Of a stretch of DNA of 64,000 nucleotides, positions 12,301-24,032 are shown in pieces. The stretch comes from Zancudomyces culisetae HAW-14-8 (Eukaryota > Fungi > Kickxellomycota). Where the stretch lies: NCBI GenBank assembly GCA_052426225.1, contig JBNJNM010000012.1:1798001-1862000 (forward strand). Direction: 5' to 3'. Numbering within the stretch: the stretch's first letter is position 1; every line of letters begins with the position of its first letter. The notes below the pieces were generated by a model. The model saw only the letters and a program-made list of their open reading frames with translations, made no database searches and was not told where the DNA came from. The translations under genes and the position numbers were made by a program.

Positions 12301-14307
12301 ACCTCGTTGAATTCCTTTATATTAGTAGAAATTCTGCCATCCTCTGTAAATATAGTGACCATTGGTAGTCCATGTCTTTTAGCACATTCAAAGTCGTTGA
12401 AATCATGGCTAGGTGTAATCTTAACGGCTCCAGTACCAAAGTTCATATCTACACACACATGATCACCTACTATTGGAATTCTTTCACCTGAAATAGGGTG
12501 TATTGCGTACTTTCCAATATATTCCTATAGCATTGTTATTATTTTTAAATTATTTTCAGCTTTTCTTTTTTTGGCTTTTTCGTGTAGTAACCATTTTTTT
12601 CACTTGACTTTTACCAAATTTAAAAACGAATCGAATAAACATTAAATAGAAAGTAGGCTTATAATCCAACATTGAACAACCAGAACAAAAAGAGCTAACC
12701 TTATATCTGGGATCGAGTGGATGGACCGCTATAGCTGTATCTCCAAATACGGTCTCTGGTCTGGTAGTTCCCACAATTACTTCACCAATAGATTTTTTTG
12801 AATCATTCTGAACTTCATATGCAAAGAAATACATTGCTCCAAAAAGTATCCTAAATTATTATATTTCTACATTTAACTCATCTGATATTGGATTGCAAGT
12901 TGATACAAAGGAATAATATACATGATGTGATTCAAGTCTTACGGCTCTTTCTCTCCGGGCACTTTCAAAAACTCTGGTGCAGGTAACTCAACAGTATCGA
13001 TCTATCTCATGAATACACCCTTTAAGTTTTAAAATAAAGTAAAAAAACTCTTTTCCCGCAACTTAACCATAAATAGATGAGAAATACCTCTATATCTGAA
13101 ATAACACTCTGTAGTGCACAGCACCAACTAACAAGTTTCGTTTCCCTGTATATCAGTCCTTCGTTAAACAATTTTATGAATGCATCTTGAACAATCCTTG
13201 AATGACCCTCGTCCATTGTAAAATACTCTTGATCCCAATTCATTGATGCTCCCAATTTTTTCTATTTACACATTTTCGTTTAAATTAAATCCATTAGAAG
13301 GCACAGTGGGTAATCCATAAAAAAGTAAGTTTGTCATGAGCCTTTTTTAACATATTTTATAACTTACAAGCTGGTGAGAAATACGTGATTCGCTAGCATT
13401 TTTCCACTCCCAAACGTGTTCAACGAACTTTTCTCTTCCCAGATCATGTCTATTTTTCTATATTATTATTACACCATAAAGCTTATACTGAAATGTTTTT
13501 ATACAAGCGGCCCCGCTTCCAAACTACATGTGATAGCATACATTGTATTTCTGCCGAATCTGCTTTTCCACAATCACTTGAGTTGATATTCCTGCATGAT
13601 CGGTACCAGGAACCCAGTTTACCGAGTGTCCTTTCATTCTATAGTACCGTGCATATGCATCCTAAAGGCGTATACGTATGTTATTATAAGTTCTAAACTT
13701 ATACTTTACTTCTGAATATTTCTTCGTTCATTCAATACGCTTTACATGCTAAGCATGTTTATTTTTTTCGACTGCACAGAAGTAATCCGGTCATCTAAAT
13801 ACAAGTACTATTGCTACATACCTGAATCGCTGCAGTCATTGCATGACCCAAGTGCAGCACTCCTGTTACATTTGGTGGTGGTGCCAACATATAAAATGTC
13901 TTTTCGTCATTTGCACTTTCAAGGCTTTTCGGTTTGTATAGCTCTGTATATATTTGTTTTTAATTTACTTTTCTGTACCATGTGGTTATTTCAATAATAA
14001 ACCAATCAACTATGAAAATCGTGAAAACGAATTAAAATGTGTTCGTTTACTTTTTTTAAGCCATATGTCGCTCCATTTCGGCTCTATCTCTTTCTATTTC
14101 GGTAGGTTATACAATTCGTGATTTATCATTGTCCTTATATCTGTGTTTATAAGTCGTTACTATGCGAGTCGATAATCTTCTTACTGGTGAATACTTTTTT
14201 AATTCTCTACAGAATTTGGAAGTGCTCGCAAAGTTCCTAGAAACTGTATAAGTTATATAGCGCTTTGAGCCTAGTGAAATACTCCTAAACTGGCATTTGG
14301 CAATCAT
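9363..14307 (-). CDS. Valyl-tRNA synthetase, probably mitochondrial (~15 exons)
   Basis: [13 protein letters not shown] (HIGH), [64 protein letters not shown] (KMSKS), YGADSLR. First exon 14307-14185 is Arg/Ser-rich and presequence-like; last exon 9423-9363. Confidence 0.95.
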
Positions 14308-14622
14308 CTCTTATCGTTTCTGCTCAAGCTTATACCAAATATCATGTGCTAAATCGACCTTGTTTTCTGTGTGTAATCGTTTCTAGTTGTTGATAAGGCG
14401 ATCACTAGTTTCGATTTATTTTCTTTTAGCTGAAATGCGTAAAACAACCACTGCAGCTATTGTGCCATTGGCTACAGACTTGGGCACATGCATTTTCAAC
14501 TGGTTTACGAATCCAACCAACCAAAACTTAGCCAAACTCAACCAAAATTAAAGCATCGATTTTTCATGTTTGTGGTTTCAAGTTCAGAACACAATTCATT
14601 AGTAACTATATACTTTTTTGTA

Positions 14623-16146
14623 ATGAACTATTTATCAGGTGCAAAGCGACACTCACTTTACTCACTCCAAGTATATACTAGACGGCTCTCTACTGTTATT
14701 AGTAAGTTAGATATATTTAATTGCTTTTGAAAAATAATAAACACAACAATAACGCCAAATTTATTAGGCAAAATGAAGATTGAACCCATTCCATCGCTCC
14801 AGGACAACTATGCGTATTTGGTCATTGACGAAAAAGCAAAAGAGAGTAAACAGATTAAACATTTTTTTGTCTACATATTTCTATATTTGTTTTGTCTTTT
14901 AGCTCTGTATAGTATCTTGAATTGCAATTTCCCTTTATCGTTTTTAGCGATTATGCCTAAGTTGGTTTAGTTGAATTCATAAATTGAAAATTTACCTAAC
15001 TAACACGAATAAGTACCTGTTGAATAGTAAGCGTTGTTGATCCAGTTGAACCTGCAAAAGTTGTAGAGGCAATCTCAAAGTACAACCTTCCGGTTAAAAG
15101 CATCCTCACTACTCATCACCACTAGTAATACACTTTTTATGTGTATACCAATACTTTGCTACTTTTACATACTCACCATTGACATTGGGAAACAAAAATA
15201 AAACCAAGGATAAATATAATATTAACAATAATACATCAACAATCTCAAATAGTGACCATGCAGGAGGAAACAAAGCGTTTACAGAGCTATTTCCAGGGAT
15301 TACGGTGTATGGTGGTGACAACAGGATTCCAGCACTGACAAGACTTTTGAAAGACGGAGAAGAGTTTGATGTAGGTCCTGAATACGAATATATCTACTCA
15401 TATAGATGTTATATAACATTGGAATTAACGAATGTAGTTGGGGTCCCTCAAAGTAAGATCACTGAAGACCAATGGACACACCTCAAGCAGTATAAGTTAC
15501 TTTATCCAAGACGGTGATGATCGTGTTCTGTTTAGTGGCGATACCCTTTTTATAGGTAATTAGGTCAAACACCTCTTTTATTTATTCCTACGCCTGTGGT
15601 CTCTAACTAATTGGTAAATCCAAGCCCTAATCTCACATTTGGAGTAAAAAAACCATATAGCTGGGTGTGGCAGACTCTTTGAAGGAACACCCGCCGATAT
15701 GCACGAGTCTCTTAACGTTAAATTTGCCTCTCTACCAAAGGACACAAAGGTTTATGTAGGACACGAGTATACCGCGAGCAACGTTAGGTTCGCTATGAGT
15801 GTTGATGGAGATAACGAAGCCCTAAAGGTGAGTTTTTGCGGTTTATTTGATTGATAGTTAACCAAAATAAGTAACCTTTGATAACTTTATTTTAGGCGAT
15901 GCAAAAGCTATACTCTACTCAAAAAATGACCATTCCTAGCACTATTCAAAATGAATTGAATATCAACCCATTCATGCGCGTAAAGTAAGTTAAAATTATT
16001 TTTATTTTTAAACAGTAGGCATAATAATGAGAAAATTGATATTTATAATATGTATCAATAGTGAACCCGCCTTACAGAAGGCAACAGGAGAAACAGACCC
16101 GGTCAGCGTCTTGGCCGCTTTGCGTAAAATGAAGGATAGTTTTTGA
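14623..16146 (+). CDS. GLO2: Hydroxyacylglutathione hydrolase (glyoxalase II), 8 exons; core start at 14773, upstream presequence exon 14623-14701
   Basis: [36 protein letters not shown] (THxHxDH, split by an intron), [57 protein letters not shown]. Confidence 0.95.
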
Positions 16147-17307
16147 TCCTTGATTAGCTCTTTGCAGCTTTTTATTATTTTTGACACTTTGGTCTTCTTA
16201 TGATCATTTGATTTAATTGACTACTCAAATAAAACTATAATTTAAAATCAACTTCCTAATCCCCGTTTTATATTTAATTTCACCATACTATAACAAGAAC
16301 TGAGATATTTAATCTTTGTTAGATATTTCTAAAAAGTAAGCTTAATCACTCAGAGGTCGTACTAACCAGCTTAGTGTGAAAGAAGGCTGAGTCACATCGA
16401 AAGCATAAAGAGGGTTTAATAGTATCCAACCCGCTTCATTCCCAGTTTTCAAATTATACATTTTTTTGTTTTTTACCAGGATACAAGCAAATTATGATAA
16501 AACAGTGGTCTACTTCAATAGATTATATTTTAGAGTAGTTTTTGTCTACTTGCCTAGGTTTTCCAAACGCCGTTGAGATAACTAGATTCTTATTTCCACC
16601 AAATTCCATTCTGAAACTACTGCTTTACGAGTCAAATATAGTTATTCTTATTACCTCATATTGTTGTCATTACTGAGGAATCGAGCTTTTAATGAGTTAA
16701 ATTTTATTATTCCAAGACACAAGTATCTTTTTTCGTGCGTTTCGTATAACATTTCTGGTGCAACACCAATCTGAATACCCAACCTTTTTGCCAAACTACT
16801 GCTTTTACGGCTAGCTAAGTTGTTGGAGCTTTATATTCAGTGAGAATCCTTGTAAGACACTTCTGTTTTGTTTCTAGTGAATAAAGATAATAAAGTGCTT
16901 CCAAGTTAAACATAATGTAGAACCATTGTGAATCCTCAGTCTTTCTATTAGCCTTTTTTTTTGGTCCGCCATAACCAACTATCTCTGCATGCCGCTCTTT
17001 TTTTTATGACTCTGGTTATGAATAAAGTATACAATGACAATAATAAATAAAAGTTATGGTAAAATACTGTGTATTTCCTGTAATAAAGTATTCCGATGGC
17101 ATTCTGAAGGGTTTCTTTTCAACTTTGCTATTTCTTTATCATTGTTTGGATTTCCGTTTAACGCCTTCATATATCAAAATTTCTTTTATTATTTTAATTT
17201 GAGAAGATAAAGTTTTGAAGTATCGGAGTGGATAATGATTGTAATCTCAAGCCTGTAAGAATAAGATATCATTAAAAGACTTGATTTTCTAGGGCCAAAT
17301 ACCAAAA

Positions 17308-20300
17308 ATGCCTCCTAAAAAAAAAGTAGTAACCAACAAAAATAAGGACAATGAACAGGAAAATCAAAAGGTTGTCAGTAAAACTGAGGAAAAAGGTGTT
17401 CATGATAAGCCGCAGTCTGGTAAAGCCGACGACATACTAGAAGCAGGCCAGCTATTAGCGAATGCTAGCCAGCTCAAACACAAAAACATTCATACCAATG
17501 AGTCAAGTAGTTATAGTGATGGCAGCTCAATTTTTGCTGGAATAAATTCTGAAAACTTGCCAAAATCGATAATAAACCTGGTGGATAGGGGCTCTGAAAG
17601 TGCGATAACCATGGCATTAAAAATAAGACATAGCTACTCGCAACCGTACTTCAACATCAGTAGCTCAGTTCTAGTCGCATGCCTTAATTCGGTTAATTTT
17701 AATTCAGCAAATATAGGTCATTATGGAACTGCAGATGTAGAGAATAAACCAACTAATCTCTTTTCTGATGAGATGCAAAAGATGTACAGCAGTGCATATG
17801 TTGAACAGGATGTCGGTAGAAATGCACCGGCATCAAATCCTCATATTTACAAAATGGTTACAGATGCCTATATATATATGCGGAGACAAAAAAATAATCA
17901 GCTGTTCATTCTGCATGGATTAACCGGAAGTGGAAAAAGCAAGACAGAAAGTGACATTTTAGATCAACTTGGAACAGTTTCGTCGCAGAACGGACTCTTC
18001 ATAACGGAGCCGCACAAAAAATTACATCTACACACTATTTTAATGAACTCGTTTGGTCATGCGTGTGTTTTTGAAAGTAGAGCTAGCACAAGATATGCTG
18101 TGCTCAAAGAAGTACAATTTAATAAACGCGGGCATATTGTGGGTCAAAAAAATATTGTATTTGGTTTTGACAGAAGTAGAATCACTGATTCAGGTTCTAA
18201 TGGGTATAACTTTAATATTTTTTATTATCTGCTTTATGGTGGGGACAACGAACTACTTGAAAAAACATACATATGCAGGGATCATAAAGCATATCCTCTA
18301 TTGTGTCGTAAAAAAGAAGATACAGAATATTCAGAGGCTCTTTTGAGCACTTGGTTTGAAGAAATAAAAGCTGAGAGCAAATTCAAACTCAAACAGACTA
18401 TAGATAGCATGCTTGGATTGGGCTTCAGCAATCAGACTATATTAAACATTTTCCAGTTAATAGCCGCAATATTAAACCTAAGTAACCTCAGCTTCAAAGA
18501 TTTGGTGGGAATAGCGGAGGCTGCAGTTGTTGACAATGAGTCAACTCTTAATGCAGTATCAAAGCTGCTAGGCGTTCCAAGCAGACGTCTTGAGACGGCC
18601 TTGACTTACAAAACAATAATATTGGGAAGCGAGATATGCACAGTTTATATGAGTGCATCCGGTGCAAAAAAGCAAACCAATGCGTTGATTCGTATTCTAT
18701 ATCAGCTGGTGTTTCTATGGATAGTAGATACAGTTAACAAGCTAACGGATAGTAAAACTTTGGAGAATAAGATAGCAATATTGAACATGTACGGATTTCA
18801 ATGGAGACCTTCGAGGATTGAGACCACAGAAAATTCAAACGGGCATATGTACTCATATGAACAATTGCAAGTAAACATTTTAAACGAAATGGTATATTGC
18901 TATATGTTTCAAACGGTTATGAGCCAGGATCTGGGTATAAATGCAGAACTTCAAGAAGAAATGATCCCAACAAAACACTTACCGTGGATGTATAGATTAG
19001 ATCTGCTGAATTTGTTGTGTGGTGGGTTTGAAAAAGAAGGTGATGGAATCATCTCAATCTTTGAAAATCATACTAGAGATGAAGAAATTTGTTATGAGGA
19101 TGTCCAACTGTACAGAAAACTGTATAAAAACAGCCGGAAAAAAGAAGGAATCAACATACAGAGAGATAAAAAGACGGAAAAGCATGTATTTGAAATCAAT
19201 CACTTTATGGACACGCTCAGCTATGATATTACTGGATTCTGTGAGAAAAATATCGACCAGATAGTTTCTACAGATTTTATACTATTGTTTCAAAATAGTT
19301 CTAGCAAGCAGTTTGTGAAGACTCTATTTAGTACAGAGTTTATTCACATGTTTTTACACCCAGAAAATAACACAACAATACTTGAAGCTCACATCACATC
19401 CAATATACGATTTAACGGTAACGACATCCCAAAAAACAGCCATAGTGATGATAAAAAATATCAGGAAGGTACACAAGTGCCTACAGAATATAATAATCAT
19501 GGGGATTTGCACAAATATGGCGGTAACAGTATAATTGGCTTTGAGACGGCCGTTGATGAGGTGTTACCCATAACTCCAATCGGAGAAGCCTGTTTAGCAC
19601 TAAAAAACATACTCGCCTCATCAAAACACTATAAATGCAGACATGTGATACACATTCGATCCGAAAATCCCGATAAAAGCCACAGATATTATGAAAAAGG
19701 TGTGCAAAACAAGTTTTTTCAAAGCTTTGTTACGTACCAAGTACGTGCTTTTGGTATAGCAGACTTGTCCTTGAAATTTGAGGATTTTGATTTCTTTGCG
19801 TGTATCGAGGTTGAGCATTTTGCAAGCAGATATAAAAAGTTATCTAAAAAGTATGCAGATCTTGAGCCACTACTGTTGATGGAAAAGATCTCTGGTAAAT
19901 ACAACTGGAAAACAGGAGTTGATTATCAGGTAGGCAGGTCCAAAGTATTTATGACCGAAAGTATCTGGCAAGTTCTTGAAATGCAGTTACGTGCAAAAGA
20001 AAAAACTCAGAAACGAAGTTCGCATTCGAAAAAAAGACTTAAAAAGAGCTTTCTTGATCTGAATTTGAGTTTTGAAGGAAAAATGATAGATCAAACCACC
20101 AAAGATATCCCAAAAGTAAATGAAAGTGAATTTTTCACTGATTCTGAGTTTGGCAGTGAAATAGAAAACCTGTATACTAGAGATTTACTAGCATTTGGGG
20201 TACAAGCAAATAGCAATAATGACACCTTCAATCATCTCGATATTGACGAGCATGACTATTTTGACAGTATGTTCGAAGATGATGATACAAATGATAAAGA

Positions 20301-23300
20301 TAATAAAAAATATAATGCAGCGCATGGGAGTACAAACAAACTAAGATACAAGGAGGCTCAAGAAACAAAATCTAGGGTGGCCTGGAAAAATATCACAAAA
20401 CTTCTAACTTTTTTGATACCGAACAGCCTGCTTATACTTTGTGGAATTAAAGGGAAAGACACACAAATAGCATGGAGAGAAAAAGTAGCGATATGCATGT
20501 TGATTCTGTATCTATGGCTACTAGTTTTGTTTGTTATTATTGGATTGGGGTTCATAATGTGTCCCATAAAGCATGTGTATAACATAAGAGAGGTTGGTGT
20601 GCATAACTCGCGGGACGACGCCTATATAACACTGCATGGTCGAGTATATGACGTGACAAAGTATCTGAAAATCAGCCATGCTCAGGCCATTGGTGGTACG
20701 ACTATTGGAGAAATGGGAAAGTTTGCCGGATTGGATGTCAATGCCTCGTTCCCCATACCCATAAGGTCAGCCTGCTCCAGCCTGGTAACTAAAAGCATAG
20801 ATCCCAATTTCAACATGTTTTTGAAGCCTGATGATGAGACAAGCGTATTGTTTCCGTTTATACACAGACCGGGACAGCCTATTGGAAAGATGCTACCGGA
20901 CCCAGGATTTTACTATAATTATGTTTTACCCAGACTAAGAATTTATTTAAAGGGCGATTTGGTTTGGAGTAAAGCAGACTTGGATGATATGCATTTTAAG
21001 CATGGAAGCTATTCCAGGATAATTCGTGAAGAAGTCTTTAATCTTGATGCATACTTTAGAACCATAAATGCACCAGAAAATCAGGGAAACCTAAAATTCA
21101 AGTTTTTAAGCAAGTATGTAGAGGCAATTTTTGACGATGGACTGATGTATTCCACAGATATTACCAGGTATTGGGATAGACTTCCGATCGATCAAGAAAC
21201 ACGCTTAAAAAACTATGAATGTCTTAAAAGCCTGTTTTATGCCGGAAAAATAGATGAAAGAAAGTCTTTCCAGTGTTTGTTTTCGAATTACCTATTGCTT
21301 TCATTTGCGTTTGTCCTGATGGCTGCAATATTGGTCAAGTTTCTAGCATCACTACAACTAACTCCGAGACGTAAGCCTCAAAGACTAAACAAATTTGTTA
21401 TATGTCAAGTACCATGCTACACTGAAGGGGAGCACTCACTAAAACTGACAATTAATAGCCTGGCGGGCCTAAACTATGATGCCAGATATAGGATACTTTT
21501 TATAATATGTGACGGAAACATAGTCGGGAGCGGGAACGATCGATCGACTCCAAGGATAGTGCTAGATATATTAGAGGTAGATCGCAGACTTGATTCAGCG
21601 GGTTACAGTTTCTATTCTTTGGGAGACGGAAGCAAAATATTCAACATGGCCAAAGTTCACTCTGGGCTATATGAGTTTGAAGGGAATTTCATCCCCTTTG
21701 TAGTAGTTTCAAAGATAGGAATGCCTGGAGAAAAATACAAACCTGGAAATCGAGGTAAAAGAGATTCACAAATGATATTGCTTCGATTCCTCAACAGATT
21801 ACATTTTGATTTACCAATGACTCCGCTTGAGCTAGAGATATATCACCAAATGAAAAACGTAATTGGTATTCACCCAGCACTGTATGAATACATCTTAATG
21901 GTTGATGCAGATACACAGGTGCATTCAGAGGCGCTTAACAGATTGGTGTCATGCATGGTTCATGACTCAAAAAAAATAGGAATTTGTGGTGAAACGCAAA
22001 TCGCAAATGAAGATAAAAATTGGACCACAATGATACAGGTTTACGAATATTTCATCTCGCATCACATGTCAAAGGCCTTTGAATCGCTTTTTGGGTCAGT
22101 AACGTGTCTTCCTGGATGCTTTAGTCTATACAGGATTAAAACAACTGACGGGATACCTATCGTTGTTTCAAATAATGTGATAAGAGACTACGAAGAGAAT
22201 GTTGTTGATACACTCCATAAAAAAAACCTACTGTCGCTTGGTGAAGATCGTTACCTAACCACACTTATGATTAAATATTTCCCCCAGTACAAACTATCAT
22301 TCACAAGCGATGCAAAGTGTAAAACAGCAGTGCCCGAGAGTTGGGACGTGCTGTTATCACAACGTCGTAGATGGATCAACTCAACCGTACACAACCTGGT
22401 AGAACTGACGTTTCTGCCTGGTCTGTGTGGTACGTGCTGCTTTTCTATGCGGTTTGTGGTGTTTCTTGACCTTTTTGGAACGCTTACAATGCCATGCACT
22501 ATTATCTACTTTGGATATCTTGTATACGTGGCAGTGACCAAAATCACTGTTATCGGGTACGTATCTTTGCTTCTTTTGGCCATCACTTACGGGCTGCAAT
22601 CAATTATTTTTATTCTGAAAAGGCAATGGCAGCATGTTGGATGGCTTATAATATATATGATGGCGTATCCACTCTGGTCGTTCTTCATCCCGATTTACGC
22701 ATTTTGGCATTTTGATGATTTTTCTTGGGGAAACACGCGTGTAGTTGTGGGTGACGATGGAAAAAAATTGGTCCTGGTTGAGGATGAAGAAAAAGTTGAA
22801 TACACAAAGATTCCACTGCGAACCATATCGGAATATGAAGAAATACTAAACGAAAAACAAACTCGTCTCCAGGAAATAAACAATGTGGCAAAGGAAATCG
22901 AAAACCTTTCGCAGTTGTCTTTGCTTGCAAGTAGGAACCCCATACAAAACGTAGACATTCTAAGTCGAGTATCTCAGAATCGCACTCCTGTTTACAGCGA
23001 TAAGAGTTACTACCCAATGTTTGAGTCCACGCTCAAGAAAAATCACGCTTCAAATGACACACGATTTCAACACCACAAAAACGACACTATCCAAAATAAC
23101 TCTGAACGGTTTACTAGTCACAATATGCTTATACACACTCCAGCAAGTGACAATGCCAACTACAATTGCCGAATAGACCCTCGAAAACAGTATGGCCAGG
23201 AGTTGCGGGTTTTTTCTAATACAAGCATCAATACAGCTACCAAAAAATATAATGAACTTGGCACTAATAAATGGCCTGTCTTTGAGAACTCTCCTAGTAC

Positions 23301-23814
23301 AGCATATTTTAAGACACTGCACAAAAATAATAACGATGACACCCCCATCTTTAACAATGGTCGTTTATTGTTTAACAACCAGCCATCGGTAGCCGCTCAA
23401 ACCCACTCACCTGCTTATTATGCATTACCAAGTCAGATAAACCCCAATTTTCACCAATCTAGTCCTGAGTACGGGTTCCAGCTAGATACCGGTCCATTCC
23501 ATAGTGCGCACACCAGCATAAATATGTATAACACGGCGCATAGTAGTAAACTTGGCATTCTAAATCCGTATCCGTATCCGTATAATAGCATGGAGAATTT
23601 TGTATTTCAAGAGGATAGTGCTCTGCCGGGAAAATACTTGTCATCCGACCGTGAAATGCATGACGAAATAAAAGAGGTTCTTAGCTGCACAAATTTAGCA
23701 GCTGTACCAAAGGAACGTATTATGACTCTACTTGAAGAGTACTTCAACACCAGCATGAAGCCATACGAACAGTTTATCCGTAGCGTTGTTGACGAACTTC
23801 TCAGAGCAAGCTAG
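17308..23814 (+). CDS. Chitin synthase with N-terminal myosin motor-like domain (division 2, class V/VII-like), single exon
   Basis: P-loop GLTGSGKS, AWREKVAIC TM, cytochrome b5-like HGRVYDVTKYL, QVPCYTEG, GNRGKRDSQ, LMVDADT, VTCLPGCF, LGEDRYLT, SQRRRWINST, FDDFSWGNTR, C-terminal DEK_C-like helices. Confidence 0.97.
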   Translation: MPPKKKVVTNKNKDNEQENQKVVSKTEEKGVHDKPQSGKADDILEAGQLLANASQLKHKNIHTNESSSYSDGSSIFAGINSENLPKSIINLVDRGSESAITMALKIRHSYSQPYFNISSSVLVACLNSVNFNSANIGHYGTADVENKPTNLFSDEMQKMYSSAYVEQDVGRNAPASNPHIYKMVTDAYIYMRRQKNNQLFILHGLTGSGKSKTESDILDQLGTVSSQNGLFITEPHKKLHLHTILMNSFGHACVFESRASTRYAVLKEVQFNKRGHIVGQKNIVFGFDRSRITDSGSNGYNFNIFYYLLYGGDNELLEKTYICRDHKAYPLLCRKKEDTEYSEALLSTWFEEIKAESKFKLKQTIDSMLGLGFSNQTILNIFQLIAAILNLSNLSFKDLVGIAEAAVVDNESTLNAVSKLLGVPSRRLETALTYKTIILGSEICTVYMSASGAKKQTNALIRILYQLVFLWIVDTVNKLTDSKTLENKIAILNMYGFQWRPSRIETTENSNGHMYSYEQLQVNILNEMVYCYMFQTVMSQDLGINAELQEEMIPTKHLPWMYRLDLLNLLCGGFEKEGDGIISIFENHTRDEEICYEDVQLYRKLYKNSRKKEGINIQRDKKTEKHVFEINHFMDTLSYDITGFCEKNIDQIVSTDFILLFQNSSSKQFVKTLFSTEFIHMFLHPENNTTILEAHITSNIRFNGNDIPKNSHSDDKKYQEGTQVPTEYNNHGDLHKYGGNSIIGFETAVDEVLPITPIGEACLALKNILASSKHYKCRHVIHIRSENPDKSHRYYEKGVQNKFFQSFVTYQVRAFGIADLSLKFEDFDFFACIEVEHFASRYKKLSKKYADLEPLLLMEKISGKYNWKTGVDYQVGRSKVFMTESIWQVLEMQLRAKEKTQKRSSHSKKRLKKSFLDLNLSFEGKMIDQTTKDIPKVNESEFFTDSEFGSEIENLYTRDLLAFGVQANSNNDTFNHLDIDEHDYFDSMFEDDDTNDKDNKKYNAAHGSTNKLRYKEAQETKSRVAWKNITKLLTFLIPNSLLILCGIKGKDTQIAWREKVAICMLILYLWLLVLFVIIGLGFIMCPIKHVYNIREVGVHNSRDDAYITLHGRVYDVTKYLKISHAQAIGGTTIGEMGKFAGLDVNASFPIPIRSACSSLVTKSIDPNFNMFLKPDDETSVLFPFIHRPGQPIGKMLPDPGFYYNYVLPRLRIYLKGDLVWSKADLDDMHFKHGSYSRIIREEVFNLDAYFRTINAPENQGNLKFKFLSKYVEAIFDDGLMYSTDITRYWDRLPIDQETRLKNYECLKSLFYAGKIDERKSFQCLFSNYLLLSFAFVLMAAILVKFLASLQLTPRRKPQRLNKFVICQVPCYTEGEHSLKLTINSLAGLNYDARYRILFIICDGNIVGSGNDRSTPRIVLDILEVDRRLDSAGYSFYSLGDGSKIFNMAKVHSGLYEFEGNFIPFVVVSKIGMPGEKYKPGNRGKRDSQMILLRFLNRLHFDLPMTPLELEIYHQMKNVIGIHPALYEYILMVDADTQVHSEALNRLVSCMVHDSKKIGICGETQIANEDKNWTTMIQVYEYFISHHMSKAFESLFGSVTCLPGCFSLYRIKTTDGIPIVVSNNVIRDYEENVVDTLHKKNLLSLGEDRYLTTLMIKYFPQYKLSFTSDAKCKTAVPESWDVLLSQRRRWINSTVHNLVELTFLPGLCGTCCFSMRFVVFLDLFGTLTMPCTIIYFGYLVYVAVTKITVIGYVSLLLLAITYGLQSIIFILKRQWQHVGWLIIYMMAYPLWSFFIPIYAFWHFDDFSWGNTRVVVGDDGKKLVLVEDEEKVEYTKIPLRTISEYEEILNEKQTRLQEINNVAKEIENLSQLSLLASRNPIQNVDILSRVSQNRTPVYSDKSYYPMFESTLKKNHASNDTRFQHHKNDTIQNNSERFTSHNMLIHTPASDNANYNCRIDPRKQYGQELRVFSNTSINTATKKYNELGTNKWPVFENSPSTAYFKTLHKNNNDDTPIFNNGRLLFNNQPSVAAQTHSPAYYALPSQINPNFHQSSPEYGFQLDTGPFHSAHTSINMYNTAHSSKLGILNPYPYPYNSMENFVFQEDSALPGKYLSSDREMHDEIKEVLSCTNLAAVPKERIMTLLEEYFNTSMKPYEQFIRSVVDELLRAS

Positions 23815-24032
23815 TTTGCTGACTACCTAAACACTCAGTCAGGACATCTTCTTTTTATACCGTTGATTTCGACAGTGAGTAATTGATACTTGGCAACAGG
23901 CTAAGCAAAAACTACTTGAAGCTTATTATACAACAAAATTATCATTAACATCACAATATTTAACTATTAGAAGCTTAAAAAAAATCGCTCGCTCAAACAC
24001 AGTTTAGTAAATGCAAAAAAAATTACAAATAG

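Noticed and set aside
16612-16860. Repeated AAACTACTGCTTT(T)ACG about 180 bp apart
   Set aside because: Only ~17 nt matches and the flanks align poorly; too weak to call a duplication or element.
18053-23644. Small ORFs nested in the chitin synthase
   Set aside because: Alternative-frame or antisense shadows with no recognisable motifs.
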